From Candidatus Micrarchaeota archaeon (GTDB lineage: Archaea; Micrarchaeota; Micrarchaeia; Anstonellales; Bilamarchaeaceae): DNA of 64,000 bases. Made by a program: the position numbers and the translations under genes. Below, piece by piece: positions 44,195 to 53,943 of this stretch; position 1 is the first letter of the stretch, and each line of letters begins with the position of its first letter. The notes under the pieces were generated by a model that was not told the DNA's origin, searched no databases, and was given only the letters and a program-made list of their open reading frames with translations. The stretch covers positions 2,528-66,527 of the forward strand of contig JBBSVO010000002.1 in NCBI GenBank assembly GCA_038046805.1, given 5' to 3'.

Positions 44195-44800
44195 ATGAGT
44201 GAAAACATGGCAAAACCAACACCTATAGTCCCATATCTTTCCCCGCTTCTTAGAAAACTTAAACGCGGTCCTGCGGTAACGCTTCCAAAAGACGCGGGAA
44301 TGTTCATCGCGTACACAGGAATAGGAAAGGAATCTCGCGTGATTGAATTAGGGAGCGGTTCCGGGTTTTTTACATCCCAACTCGCAAATATAGTCAAAGA
44401 AGTCATATCCTATGAAAAGCGGGACGAATTCCTGAAAATTGCCGAAGGGAATGTAAAACGATGCGGATTTACGAACGTAATTTTTAAGCACCGCGACGTT
44501 CTCGGAACGGAAGGCATCGATGAAAAGGACGGAACGTTCGACCTTGTTTTCTGCGATATTGCCGAAGCTGAAAAAATTGTTCCGCACGCGCACGTTGCGC
44601 TTAAACCTGGCGGATTCCTTGCAGCGCATTGCCTTCACATAGAGCAGGCAAAGGCACTTGTTCTTGAGGCGCAGAAAACCTTTAGCGAGGTAAGTCTGGT
44701 CGAAAACCTTGTCCGTGATTATGAAGTGCGGGATTTCGGAACACGACCAAGGCATATGGGAATAATGCATACTGCGTATCTTGTTTTTGCGAGGAAATAA
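44195..44800 (+). CDS. SAM-dependent methyltransferase, tRNA (adenine-N1)-methyltransferase (TrmI/Gcd14)-like
   Basis: 'RGPAVTLPKDAGMFIAYTGI', the SAM motif 'VIELGSGSGFFTSQLA', and 'DLVFCDI'. The start is set at the ATG after the purE stop. Confidence 0.6.
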   Translation: MSENMAKPTPIVPYLSPLLRKLKRGPAVTLPKDAGMFIAYTGIGKESRVIELGSGSGFFTSQLANIVKEVISYEKRDEFLKIAEGNVKRCGFTNVIFKHRDVLGTEGIDEKDGTFDLVFCDIAEAEKIVPHAHVALKPGGFLAAHCLHIEQAKALVLEAQKTFSEVSLVENLVRDYEVRDFGTRPRHMGIMHTAYLVFARK

Positions 44801-44809
44801 GGCGATCCC

Positions 44810-45202
44810 ATGGCAGTGCAGATTTTTTCTAACAGAGGTAGAGCCGGAAGGTCAGAACAACAAAAGCTAGTCGAAGCTGCTCAAACATTTGTTGATCTCA
44901 ACAACATCCCTTCAGAAGCTCAGTTCGGACATTTGAAACCCAGATTATATGGAAGGCTAAAAGATAAGGGATTAGTTGAAAGGATAACCTTCGCGCGGAA
45001 AGAAGGAGGGCGAAAACCTGTAGGGATGGGTAAAAGAGACTTAATCGAAACCGCATTACATAGAATAGATAACTTAGACCCTGGACCAAGAACTCTCGAA
45101 GCATTCCGAATTGAAGATCCGCATCTTGTCAGGGTTCTTGAACAACGCGAATTGCTTGAAACTGTAATCCGAATTGCAAAAAGAAAAAGGTTGATGGATT
45201 GA
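44810..45202 (+). CDS. Hypothetical protein
   Basis: A 130-aa ORF with coding-like composition and tight spacing to neighbours. No family recognised. Confidence 0.45.
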   Translation: MAVQIFSNRGRAGRSEQQKLVEAAQTFVDLNNIPSEAQFGHLKPRLYGRLKDKGLVERITFARKEGGRKPVGMGKRDLIETALHRIDNLDPGPRTLEAFRIEDPHLVRVLEQRELLETVIRIAKRKRLMD

Positions 45203-45304
45203 AACTCCTGTCAAATTGCAGAATGCGCTCCACGCTTCATCAATCTACAATTTTTTGAGAGATGTTTTAAACAGTTCCATATATTCTCTCTTTGGGTGTT
45301 TTTC

Positions 45305-46177
45305 ATGGCCTTTTCAGACTTAAATTTTTTTACGTGTTTACCGGTACTGGTTTTTGGGATTATTGTTTATGCAGTTCTTGCAATAAAAGTAATACGGCCT
45401 GTAGAAAAAGGGCTTGTCGAGCGATTCGGAAAGTTTAGCCGCATCGCAGAACCTGGTTTATTGATCATAATCCCATTTGTTGAAAACGTCATAAACGTTC
45501 CAACAACGGAAATACGTGTTGACGTTGACGAACAGACTGTTATCACAAAGGATAATCTCAATACTGATGTAGATGCGATAGTCTATTACAAAATACAGGA
45601 TGTCATGAAGGCGATTTATAATATACAGGATTACAAGACAGCTATTCCTTCATTGGCTCAAACTACGCTTAGGGCGATAATGGGGCAGATGACTCTGACA
45701 GAGGCGAATGAAAATCGTCAGCGGATAAACCAGTCTGTTGAGCAAGAACTGGATAAGGAAACGAACAACTGGGGTATAGATATCATCCGCGTTGAGCTGC
45801 AAAAGATAGATCCGCCAGAAGACGTGCAGGGGGCAATGAATAACGTGGTCAAAGCAGAGAACGAGAAAATCGCGGCCATAAATCTTGCAACTGCTGCCGA
45901 AACGCGTGCGGATGGCGAAAAAAGGGCGAAAATAAAGGTTGCTGAAGGTGAGGCGCAAGCGGTGGAATTGAGAGCAGAAGCAGAGGCACGCGCAATCCAG
46001 CTTGTGCACGAAGCAGCCCAAAAATATTTCAAAGGAGATGCACAGACGCTTAAAAAGCTGCAGGTAACCGAAAAATCTCTTTCTGAAAACACAAAATATG
46101 TCATACCCAAGGGAACTGATATAACTGCCATCATTTCAGATACTGCGGGCGTTCTTCCGATTGAGAAAAAGAAATAG
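45305..46177 (+). CDS. SPFH/band-7 (stomatin/prohibitin-like) protein
   Basis: An N-terminal TM, then 'VERFGKFSRIAEPGL..IIPF', 'TKDNL...DAIVYYKI', 'LRAIMGQMTL.E', and an A/E-rich coiled coil. Confidence 0.85.
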   Translation: MAFSDLNFFTCLPVLVFGIIVYAVLAIKVIRPVEKGLVERFGKFSRIAEPGLLIIIPFVENVINVPTTEIRVDVDEQTVITKDNLNTDVDAIVYYKIQDVMKAIYNIQDYKTAIPSLAQTTLRAIMGQMTLTEANENRQRINQSVEQELDKETNNWGIDIIRVELQKIDPPEDVQGAMNNVVKAENEKIAAINLATAAETRADGEKRAKIKVAEGEAQAVELRAEAEARAIQLVHEAAQKYFKGDAQTLKKLQVTEKSLSENTKYVIPKGTDITAIISDTAGVLPIEKKK

Positions 46178-46406
46178 AGAAAAATTTGCAGGGGGCAGGA
46201 AATTCCGTCTTCCGTTCCGCGTTTTCAGTTTTGTTTGCGGAATGGAAAACTTTTGAACCTACGAAGGTACTAAACCACGGCGTTTCATAGGGCTAAAATA
46301 AAAAAGCCCACCTAAGCGCCGCGCGTTTGGCCGCTCCGCCACCCCTGCGAGTTGAGATACTTAATCTTCAAACAATATTTTAAATCCCCGCTTCGTTACT
46401 ATTTTT

Positions 46407-46703
46407 ATGTATCTAAAAATTCACAACGTGCGCGGAAAGAAGATTGTTGCGGCATGCGACAAGGATCTAATCGGAAAAATCATTTCTGATGGAAATGTTA
46501 CGCTGGATTTGAACAGCTACGCCTCGTTCTATAAGGGCGATATTGCTTCAGATTCTGCCCTGGCAAAAGAGTTAAAATCCTTTGATTCCGCGAATTTAGT
46601 TGGGAAAAAGGTAGTTTCTGTGGTCGTATCTGTTGGCTTGGTAAAACAATCAAACGTTACTTATATAAACGACATACCTCATATCCAGCTATATAAATTA
46701 TAG
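46407..46703 (+). CDS. DUF424 protein
   Basis: 'KIVAACDKDLIGK......L....FYKG' in about 98 aa, typical of the archaeal DUF424 family. Confidence 0.6.
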   Translation: MYLKIHNVRGKKIVAACDKDLIGKIISDGNVTLDLNSYASFYKGDIASDSALAKELKSFDSANLVGKKVVSVVVSVGLVKQSNVTYINDIPHIQLYKL

Positions 46704-46716
46704 GGGGGTGGAATGT

Positions 46717-47118
46717 ATGAAGTCAATAACTGTCGTAGCTGATGATAGAGTTGGATTGCTAGCGGATATATCATACATTCTAGGAAAAGCCCGCATTAAC
46801 ATCGAATCTGTAAGTGTTGATTCAATAGGTGGAAAGGCAATCATTGTCCTTACCGTACGAGATACGCAAAAGACGGCAGATGTCCTGCAAAAAAGCGGAT
46901 ACTCCATAAGCGAGGCCAATGTTCTTGTTGTAAAGCTTTCCGACCAGCCAGGAGAACTTAGCAAGATAACTGCAATGCTTGTCGATGAAAAAGTCAATAT
47001 CCAGAACGTACACATGCTTTCAAGAGATGGAAAACAAACTGTTCTTGCCCTGATGCTGGATAAACCAAAAAAGGCTGAAAAATTACTTGCGCCCTATCTT
47101 ATCACAAGCGAGGAGTAA
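46717..47118 (+). CDS. ACT-domain protein
   Basis: Two beta-alpha-beta-beta-alpha-beta units: 'ITVVADDRVGLLADISYILGKARINIES' and 'VLVVKLSDQPGELSKITAMLVDEKVNIQ'. Confidence 0.6.
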   Translation: MKSITVVADDRVGLLADISYILGKARINIESVSVDSIGGKAIIVLTVRDTQKTADVLQKSGYSISEANVLVVKLSDQPGELSKITAMLVDEKVNIQNVHMLSRDGKQTVLALMLDKPKKAEKLLAPYLITSEE

Positions 47119-47128
47119 TATCGGGCAT

Positions 47129-48220
47129 CTAAACCTCTATTTCGATTTCTTTTTTCTTTTTATCAGTTATTTTTGTTTCATATCTTCTTAGTTCTTTATT
47201 ATTTTCTGGATTTTCGAGATTTTGAATTCCAACATATTTTGCCTTTGAAAGAACGTGTTCTATTATCTCGTAATTCCCATAAATAAAATCACCGGTTTCT
47301 TTCAACTCTTTTTCCTGTGCAAGCGTTTCTGTGAGCGTTTTTTCCTGTTCAGCAAGACGCCTTTCAAGTTTCACGAGCTTTTCGCTTTTTTTCAATTCAA
47401 TGTCTGGTTCCTTCCCCTTGAAATAATAATCGTCCGCTGATTCTGAAATGGTTTTTCGTTTCTCGGCGGTTGTTTTAGCATAAATTATGAGTGGGCATAC
47501 CCCATAATCACTAATCTCATCGTCTTTCACAAAAACAAACGCATCATGTGTGCCAGCAATATTTTTTAATTCGCGTTCAAGTTTACATGCCTCTTTTTCT
47601 GTTAGTTCACTCTCCGGCTTTTTTTCATCAATTCCGCATCTTGCGAGTAGTTCCTTTACGTATATTTTTCCCAGAGGGAGTTTCATAAGGCAGACGACTA
47701 TATATTTTCCAGGAGAAGCTTTTCGTGCATCCTTGATATTACCCGCAATATTGGATTTCGGGAACGAATATTTGACATTGCGTTTTATCTCGCGGTCTGC
47801 CCATCGTTCTTCCCTATAAGCGACTATCGTTGTTTTATCCTCTCCAGAGACCAAAATCACGTTTCCCTTTGCGAACATTTCGAAAATAAGAAAGAGCATT
47901 TGTTTTTTCCCGCTTTCGTTCTTTCCTGCATCAAACTCAAACACGATTATCCTATCATTGTTTTTCTGTTCAATCTTCATCAGTCGTGCGTTGTCAAGCT
48001 CTTTTTTCACTTTTTTTGCGAAGTTGTCCGCTTCGAGCGGTTCATCAATATATTTAGTGATATAAAGCCGCTTGCCGAGCTCGGCCGTTATATCCGAATT
48101 TCCAATCCTCAGCCTGTATCTTCCTTCTCCAAGCAGCTGAATGTTTGAAAAATGCTTTCCAATAAGGGATTGCAGCTCTGCAACTATAACGGAATATTCC
48201 AGATTCTCCATTGAACGCAT
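47129..48220 (-). CDS. NFACT-N (FbpA/Rqc2 N-terminal-like) protein, short form
   Basis: 'YSVIVAELQSLIGKHFSNI', 'RIIVFEF', and a coiled-coil C-terminus. At only 363 aa it lacks an obvious NFACT-R/DUF814 part. Confidence 0.55.
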   Translation of the reverse strand: MRSMENLEYSVIVAELQSLIGKHFSNIQLLGEGRYRLRIGNSDITAELGKRLYITKYIDEPLEADNFAKKVKKELDNARLMKIEQKNNDRIIVFEFDAGKNESGKKQMLFLIFEMFAKGNVILVSGEDKTTIVAYREERWADREIKRNVKYSFPKSNIAGNIKDARKASPGKYIVVCLMKLPLGKIYVKELLARCGIDEKKPESELTEKEACKLERELKNIAGTHDAFVFVKDDEISDYGVCPLIIYAKTTAEKRKTISESADDYYFKGKEPDIELKKSEKLVKLERRLAEQEKTLTETLAQEKELKETGDFIYGNYEIIEHVLSKAKYVGIQNLENPENNKELRRYETKITDKKKKEIEIEV

Positions 48221-48271
48221 GAGGTTATTGACGCATCTTTGTTTTTAATTGTATTCCGATAATTTATCTAC

Positions 48272-49138
48272 ATGGTTCCGAGCAGTGCTTCTGATGTTTC
48301 TCCCCTGTACCCAGAGCTTCTAAAGACTATGGACAAGGTTGAACTCGAAGAAGAAATTAACAAAAAGATTTCCTCTTTCAATGGTCTTCTTACCCGGGAT
48401 ATTGCCCTAAAGATGATTGCCCGTGAGAAGGGAATTTATAAATCCGATCTGACTGGTTCAGGTTCTCGCGATTCTGTAATTAATGCCGCACTTTGTCGCA
48501 TCTTGCCAGAAGAGAATTATAGAACTGGCAAGAGATCTCGAGCAATGGAAATAAAGGATTCTGATGGAAAAATTCGTACTCTCAGGCTTTGGAATGATGA
48601 CGTCATTTTATTCGCAAAACTGCGCGTTGGAGATGAAATAACCATAAGCGGTGCATATGAAAAAAATGGGATTCTCAATCTTGGTTATTCTGGAAAGGTT
48701 TCAATTTCAAAGAGTGCATCATTTGCAAATATTGCGGACCTAAAACCCCTTCCAGAGAATTCGTCCGTAAGTATCAGTGGAGAGGTTATTTCACTAAATC
48801 CGGGCGTGTTTGAAGTCTCGGATGGTGTGTCCTCAGTCTCTGTTTTTGGGAATACTCAAACTACTCAAATTATCGCAGTAGGGGATAAAGTGATACTGGA
48901 GAATGCATTAACCGAGTCTGGAAATCTATGTTTTTCAGACAATTCGCGGCTTCTTGTCAAAAAGCCGAAGGCAACCGGTGCCGGTATGTCCGCAATGGGT
49001 AGAAAAGAGATTCTTGAATCAATGGGGCTAAAAGTGGCCGATGACATAACCCTGGAGACAATTGTCAATCTTAAAAAATCTTCCCTGTCCAATGCGAATC
49101 AGGGTAATCCCGTTTTGTGTGGTGCGTCTCATGTCTAA
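48272..49138 (+). CDS. Putative OB-fold ssDNA-binding (RPA-like) protein
   Basis: The N-terminal 'ELEEEINKKISSFNGLLTRDIALKMIAREKGI' resembles archaeal RPA leaders. 'LRLWNDDVILFAKLRVGDEITISGAY' is OB-like. The last codons (SHV*) are read from a duplicated cdc48 start. Confidence 0.4.
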   Translation: MVPSSASDVSPLYPELLKTMDKVELEEEINKKISSFNGLLTRDIALKMIAREKGIYKSDLTGSGSRDSVINAALCRILPEENYRTGKRSRAMEIKDSDGKIRTLRLWNDDVILFAKLRVGDEITISGAYEKNGILNLGYSGKVSISKSASFANIADLKPLPENSSVSISGEVISLNPGVFEVSDGVSSVSVFGNTQTTQIIAVGDKVILENALTESGNLCFSDNSRLLVKKPKATGAGMSAMGRKEILESMGLKVADDITLETIVNLKKSSLSNANQGNPVLCGASHV

Positions 49139-49157
49139 TGCCAGTCTAAAAGTTGCC
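49131..49157 (+). repeat. 27-bp perfect upstream copy of the cdc48 start region
   Basis: 'atgtctaatgccagtctaaaagttgcc' is identical at 49131-49157 and 49279-49305. Confidence 0.9.
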
Positions 49158-49278
49158 ATCCGCTTGAACTGCGGTTCAAATCTCTCGAAAACGGCTGTTT
49201 TCTCGATCCGCTTGAAATTCGCTGCTGCTCATTTCAAATCCGGCAACTTTTTTAATATAATTTACCTTGGTGATGTCT

Positions 49279-51432
49279 ATGTCTAATGCCAGTCTAAAAG
49301 TTGCCGAAGCCTTCCAGAACGATATCGGTAGAAATATTATTCGCATAGATTCAAAGGCAAAGAGCGAGCTTGGCATCTCTACAGGAGATATAGTTAAAAT
49401 CACCGGAAAGAAATCTGCACTTGCAATAGTTTGGCAGGCACATCCGGATGATGAAGGCCTTGACATGATTCGCATGGATGGTATTCTCAGGCAGAATGCA
49501 AGCGTAGGGCTTGGAGATAAGGTAAAAATCGAGCCTGTAGAAACAAAAGAGGCAAAGAAAATTCTTCTTACACCCCGAGAACCAATGAGATACTCTCCTG
49601 GTTTTGATCAATATGTGAAAAAGCGTCTTGTCGGAAAGCCAATATTAAAGGGAAATCTTCTTCCGGTAGGTATTTTTGGAACTTCGATTCCGCTTGTTGT
49701 TGCGCAAACATTTCCTCAGGGACCCGTTATAGTGGGGGAGACCACAGACTTAGTCATAAAGAATGATCCAGTAAAAGATATCGGAAATGTTCCGAATGTT
49801 ACTTATGACGATGTAGGCGGTCTGAAGGAAGCAATCAAAAAAGTTCGCGAAATGGTTGAGCTTCCGCTAAGACATCCTGAAATTTTTGAAAAACTCGGAA
49901 TTGAACCTCCAAAAGGAGTTCTTTTGTATGGTCCGCCCGGCACAGGAAAAACCCTGCTGGTAAAGGCAGTTGCAAATGAGTCAGACGCAAATTTTATTTA
50001 CATCGGAGGTCCGGAAATCGTAAGTAAATATGTTGGTGAGAGTGAAGAGCGCCTCAGGAAACAATTCAAGGAAGCAGAGGAAAACGCCCCTTCAATTATT
50101 TTCATTGATGAAATAGATGCAATCGCTCCAAAACGCGAAGAAGTTGTAGGCGAGGTTGAACGCAGGATGGTTTCCCAGATGCTTACACTAATGGATGGGC
50201 TAAAAGCAAGAGGCGAGGTAATTGTTATCGGCGCAACAAACAGACCCGATGCAATCGATTCCGCACTGCGCAGACCCGGAAGGTTTGACCGTGAAATAGA
50301 GCTCAACGTTCCTGACCGCGATGGCAGACTTGAGATTCTGAAAATTCATGTGCGAAACATGCCTCTTGATAAAGATGTCAAGGTAGAGGAATTGGCGTCT
50401 ATAACTCATGGATACACTGGCGCAGATATCTCTCTTCTTACAAAAGAAGCCGCGATTAAGGCATTAAGGCGAATTCTTCCGGATATAAATCTTGAAGAAG
50501 AATTCATCCCGCAGGAAATCCTGGAAAAGCTTGTGGTAAACCGCACCGACTTTTTTGATGCACTGCGCGAAATACAGCCAAGCGCGCTACGAGAAGTTTT
50601 TGTAGAGCGGCCAAATATCAAATGGAGCGATATCGGCGGAATGGAGCTTATTAAACGGGAGATCGACGAAGCAGTTACTCTTCCTCTCAAAGAGCCAGAG
50701 CTGTTTGAAAGATATGGGATCCGGCCTGTTAAGGGAATACTGTTATATGGCCCTCCGGGAACCGGAAAAACTCTTCTTGCAAAAGCAGTTGCACACGAAT
50801 CAGAGGCAAATTTCATTTCAATAAGCGGTGCACAAGTATTGAGTAAATGGGTCGGAGAATCGGAAAAAACCGTTCGCGAGCTTTTCAGAAGGGCGAGAAT
50901 GGCCGCGCCATGTATTATTTTTGTAGATGAAATCGATGCCATAGCTCCGATAAGAGGTGGCACAGATAGTCATCATGTCACCGAGCGTGTTGTTGACACA
51001 CTTTTAACTGAAATGGATGGTCTCAAAAATCTTAAAGGAGTTATCGTGATTGCGGCTACAAACCGTCCGGATATGCTTGATCAGGCACTTTTGCGTGCTG
51101 GGCGATTTGACCGTGCGATTGAAATAGGACTGCCTGATGAGAAAGCCAGACTTCAGATATTCCAGATTCATACCAAAAAAATGCCTCTTGACAGCGGAGT
51201 TGATTTAAAAGAACTTACAAAAGCCCTGCATGGATTTACAGGTGCTGATATCGAGAATTTGTGTCGCGAGGCCGGAATGAATGCAATCCGGGAAGGCAAA
51301 GAAAAGAAGGATGCAAAGGTTCTTTCGCGTCATTTTGCTTCGGCAATGAAAACCATTACGCCGACACTTAGAAAAGATGATATGGACAGTCTTTCCAAAT
51401 TCAAGGAACTGACCAATGCGATGTATGGATAA
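49279..51432 (+). CDS. cdc48: Cdc48/VCP-type AAA+ ATPase
   Basis: N-domain '[19 protein letters not shown]', plus two AAA modules each with '[10 protein letters not shown]' and 'IIF(I/V)DEIDAIAP'. The start MSNASLK (49279) lies about 25 nt after a 'ttttttaatataat' box. Confidence 0.95.
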   Translation: MSNASLKVAEAFQNDIGRNIIRIDSKAKSELGISTGDIVKITGKKSALAIVWQAHPDDEGLDMIRMDGILRQNASVGLGDKVKIEPVETKEAKKILLTPREPMRYSPGFDQYVKKRLVGKPILKGNLLPVGIFGTSIPLVVAQTFPQGPVIVGETTDLVIKNDPVKDIGNVPNVTYDDVGGLKEAIKKVREMVELPLRHPEIFEKLGIEPPKGVLLYGPPGTGKTLLVKAVANESDANFIYIGGPEIVSKYVGESEERLRKQFKEAEENAPSIIFIDEIDAIAPKREEVVGEVERRMVSQMLTLMDGLKARGEVIVIGATNRPDAIDSALRRPGRFDREIELNVPDRDGRLEILKIHVRNMPLDKDVKVEELASITHGYTGADISLLTKEAAIKALRRILPDINLEEEFIPQEILEKLVVNRTDFFDALREIQPSALREVFVERPNIKWSDIGGMELIKREIDEAVTLPLKEPELFERYGIRPVKGILLYGPPGTGKTLLAKAVAHESEANFISISGAQVLSKWVGESEKTVRELFRRARMAAPCIIFVDEIDAIAPIRGGTDSHHVTERVVDTLLTEMDGLKNLKGVIVIAATNRPDMLDQALLRAGRFDRAIEIGLPDEKARLQIFQIHTKKMPLDSGVDLKELTKALHGFTGADIENLCREAGMNAIREGKEKKDAKVLSRHFASAMKTITPTLRKDDMDSLSKFKELTNAMYG

Positions 51433-51457
51433 AGGATAAACCAAATTACTTTAAAGG

Positions 51458-51850
51458 GTGGAATATTCTATGCAACTTTCATTATTTCTAAAACTAGCTG
51501 TTGTTGCTATTGCAATCTCGCTTTTAGTTTTTGCGTTTAGTCCATCAGCCGGACTCCTTTCGCTTGCAAAATACATTGCTCTGGGAATCGGCATCTCAAT
51601 CATAATAACTCTGATTTATCCATCATTTCGCGGTGTTCAAAAAGGAGACAAAGTCATTGTTGTTTCAAATTCCGCGATTCCATCATTATTCGGACGCGTT
51701 GGAATGGCTATGAACGGCGGGAAACTACAGGGTGAAATTAGGATAAAGCTTGATGACGGCAGGGAAATTGCAGGGGTGATTGACAGCTACTCTGGTCTGT
51801 TGTCTCTTCCAAAGGTTCGCGTTGTTTACGAAGAGAGAATAATTGAATGA
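51458..51850 (+). CDS. Small membrane protein (hypothetical; possibly an NfeD-like C-terminal beta domain)
   Basis: Two N-terminal TM helices followed by a soluble roughly 60-aa beta-rich domain, 'GDKVIVV...GEIRIKLDDGREIAGVI'. Confidence 0.45.
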   Translation: MEYSMQLSLFLKLAVVAIAISLLVFAFSPSAGLLSLAKYIALGIGISIIITLIYPSFRGVQKGDKVIVVSNSAIPSLFGRVGMAMNGGKLQGEIRIKLDDGREIAGVIDSYSGLLSLPKVRVVYEERIIE

Positions 51851-51929
51851 TTGGCTGCTGGCTTCTAGCTCCTAGCCACTACCCAGAACCCAGGAGCCAG
51901 AAGCAGTAGGATGATGAAGCAGTGATCTT

Positions 51930-52544
51930 ATGTTTAGCACGAACACCTTTTACATAGAAAAAGACGAAGCGATCCAGATTCTGATATCTGTTCTTGCGAT
52001 TTCCCTTGCGTTAGCTATCTCTCAGGGAGGGTTTGGGCTTTTCACTAGTGCTCAGGGATTGAAGGCATTGATCCTTCTCCTTGCTTTGTTCACTCTTACT
52101 GTTGGCACAGGTTTTATTCTTCATGAAATGGCTCACAAATTGGTTGCCATACAATATGGGGCATATGCGAGATTTCAGATGTGGACTCAGGGATTGCTTT
52201 TGATGTTAGGGCTTTCATTTTTAGGATTTGTTTTTGCAGCTCCTGGTGCAGTGTATATCTATTCGCACAATATTTCCAGAAAGGAAAATGGGATTATTTC
52301 GGTTGCCGGACCGGTTACCAACATTGCGCTTGCAATCGTGTTTATGGCACTTGCAATTTTTGCCCCGGTTTATACGTCCAACACAAATATTTGGTTCATA
52401 GGATTTTACGTTAATTCCTTCCTTGCATTTTTCAACATGCTGCCAATATTCCCATTAGATGGGAGCAAGGTTCTTGCATGGAATGCTGTTGTGTGGGTGG
52501 CAGTTACGGCTGTTGCAGGTTATATGACATTCTTTTTGAGGTAA
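51930..52544 (+). CDS. Site-2 protease family (M50) zinc metalloprotease
   Basis: 'HEMAHKL' (HExxH) and 'FFNMLPIFPLDGSKV' (NxxPxxxLDG); polytopic. Confidence 0.8.
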   Translation: MFSTNTFYIEKDEAIQILISVLAISLALAISQGGFGLFTSAQGLKALILLLALFTLTVGTGFILHEMAHKLVAIQYGAYARFQMWTQGLLLMLGLSFLGFVFAAPGAVYIYSHNISRKENGIISVAGPVTNIALAIVFMALAIFAPVYTSNTNIWFIGFYVNSFLAFFNMLPIFPLDGSKVLAWNAVVWVAVTAVAGYMTFFLR

Positions 52545-52562
52545 TTGAAGGTGAACAAAACA

Positions 52563-53132
52563 ATGCGAGGAGCAGAAGCGATTGTTTCGAATTCACGTTT
52601 GCTTGGTCTTCCAGTCGTAATCAAGGATCGGATTCCAAAAACCTATCGCAACAAGACGCTGGACGCTAAACTCAGGACCGAAAGGACAAAACGCGAAGCT
52701 CGTCTTCTCAATAAGGCAAAGATTGCCGGAGTTCCCTGTCCTATAGTTCTGGAAGTTTCTGAATTCGGAATAACAATGACAAAAATTCGCGGAAAACGTG
52801 CGGATTTAATAAAAAATAAAAATTCCGCCAAAACTGCTGGAAAGTATCTTGCACAGCTTCATGCATCCAATCTTATTCATGGGGATTATACTCCGGCAAA
52901 TCTAATCGTCTCGTCTGGTGCATCCCAGAACCTGTTCGTTATTGATTTTGGCCTGGGATTTTTCTCCGAGGATGTGGAAGACAAGGCAATTGATGTGCTG
53001 ACAATGCTTAAGGCAATACCAGAATCCGCACAGGCGCAAAAAGCGTTTCTGAAAGGATATTCGAAATACAAAAAATATTCCGCTGTCCTGAAGAGAGTTG
53101 AGGAAGTGAAGAAAAGGGCGAGGTATGCATAG
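52563..53132 (+). CDS. bud32: KEOPS kinase Bud32 (Kae1-associated kinase)
   Basis: 'RGAEA', 'KDRIPKTYRNKTLDAKLRTERTKREARLL', 'LIHGDYTPANLIV', and 'VIDFGL'. Confidence 0.8.
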   Translation: MRGAEAIVSNSRLLGLPVVIKDRIPKTYRNKTLDAKLRTERTKREARLLNKAKIAGVPCPIVLEVSEFGITMTKIRGKRADLIKNKNSAKTAGKYLAQLHASNLIHGDYTPANLIVSSGASQNLFVIDFGLGFFSEDVEDKAIDVLTMLKAIPESAQAQKAFLKGYSKYKKYSAVLKRVEEVKKRARYA

Positions 53133-53145
53133 TTTGGGTGCGTTC

Positions 53146-53943
53146 ATGGCTATCGATCCGCAAATTCAAAAATCCTGGAAGAGCACATGCAAAATCCTGC
53201 TAAAGGAAGAGATTGGAAACCTTGAGGATTACGAGGAATGGCTGCTTAATTATGTTAATCCGGTGAGTTTCAAGAAATCCGCATTATCTGGAAAGGATGT
53301 AATCGTTTCATCGGAAAAAGCGTGCAGGGGTGCAAAATATCTCGGGCATGCAGAAGTTGAGCAGTACCTGAAGGGCATTGGCACTGCAAAGTTTAACATA
53401 AACGATCTGAAGGATATCGATTCAGCGGTCGGGGCGCTTCAGGAAAGAGCATATTATATCGGAAACGTTGTTCTCGGCAACTCACAAAATGTTGAGATCG
53501 CTAACCGTTGCATCAATTCCTCATTCATTTACAAGACGCAGGACGTTTACGACTGTAAGTTTGTTGCATGCTCTTCTGTCCTCCGGTTTGCGGAATATAT
53601 TTTTGGTGGCAATGCGATTGGTGAAGCGAGCCGGTACAATATAAAAACGTTTGAAACCTACAAGAACGTCCGTTGCATGGAGACAATCCGCAATTATGTT
53701 GCGTCTGACTGCTATTTCACCGGAAGTTTGGAAAGCTGCGGCAACTGCATGTTTTCTTTCAACCAGCGGAACAAGAATTACATGATTGGGAACCACCAAT
53801 TCTCGCAGGAGGAATACCTGAAGCTGAAGGATAAGCTGATTGAGGATATCAGGGAAACGCTCAAGGCAAAGAAAAATCTGCCGTCACTGATAGATATAAT
53901 AAATGGCAGTAACACCGATTCGGGAGGTATCGTCAATGGATGA
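53146..53943 (+). CDS. Cysteine-rich repeat protein, single N-type module (copy 3a)
   Basis: 'MAIDPQIQKSWKSTCKILLKEEIGNLEDYEEWL' parallels the N-termini of 38960 and 40544. It ends in a degenerate ladder, 'CYFTGSLESCGNCMFSFNQRNKNYMIGNHQF'. Confidence 0.75.
   Translation: MAIDPQIQKSWKSTCKILLKEEIGNLEDYEEWLLNYVNPVSFKKSALSGKDVIVSSEKACRGAKYLGHAEVEQYLKGIGTAKFNINDLKDIDSAVGALQERAYYIGNVVLGNSQNVEIANRCINSSFIYKTQDVYDCKFVACSSVLRFAEYIFGGNAIGEASRYNIKTFETYKNVRCMETIRNYVASDCYFTGSLESCGNCMFSFNQRNKNYMIGNHQFSQEEYLKLKDKLIEDIRETLKAKKNLPSLIDIINGSNTDSGGIVNG

Noticed and set aside
46178-46406. Possible small RNA or tRNA in the GC-rich patch 46300-46350.
   Set aside because: No cloverleaf, no T-arm consensus and no convincing long-range pairing could be drawn. 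Only one small hairpin is present (gggc-...-gccc).
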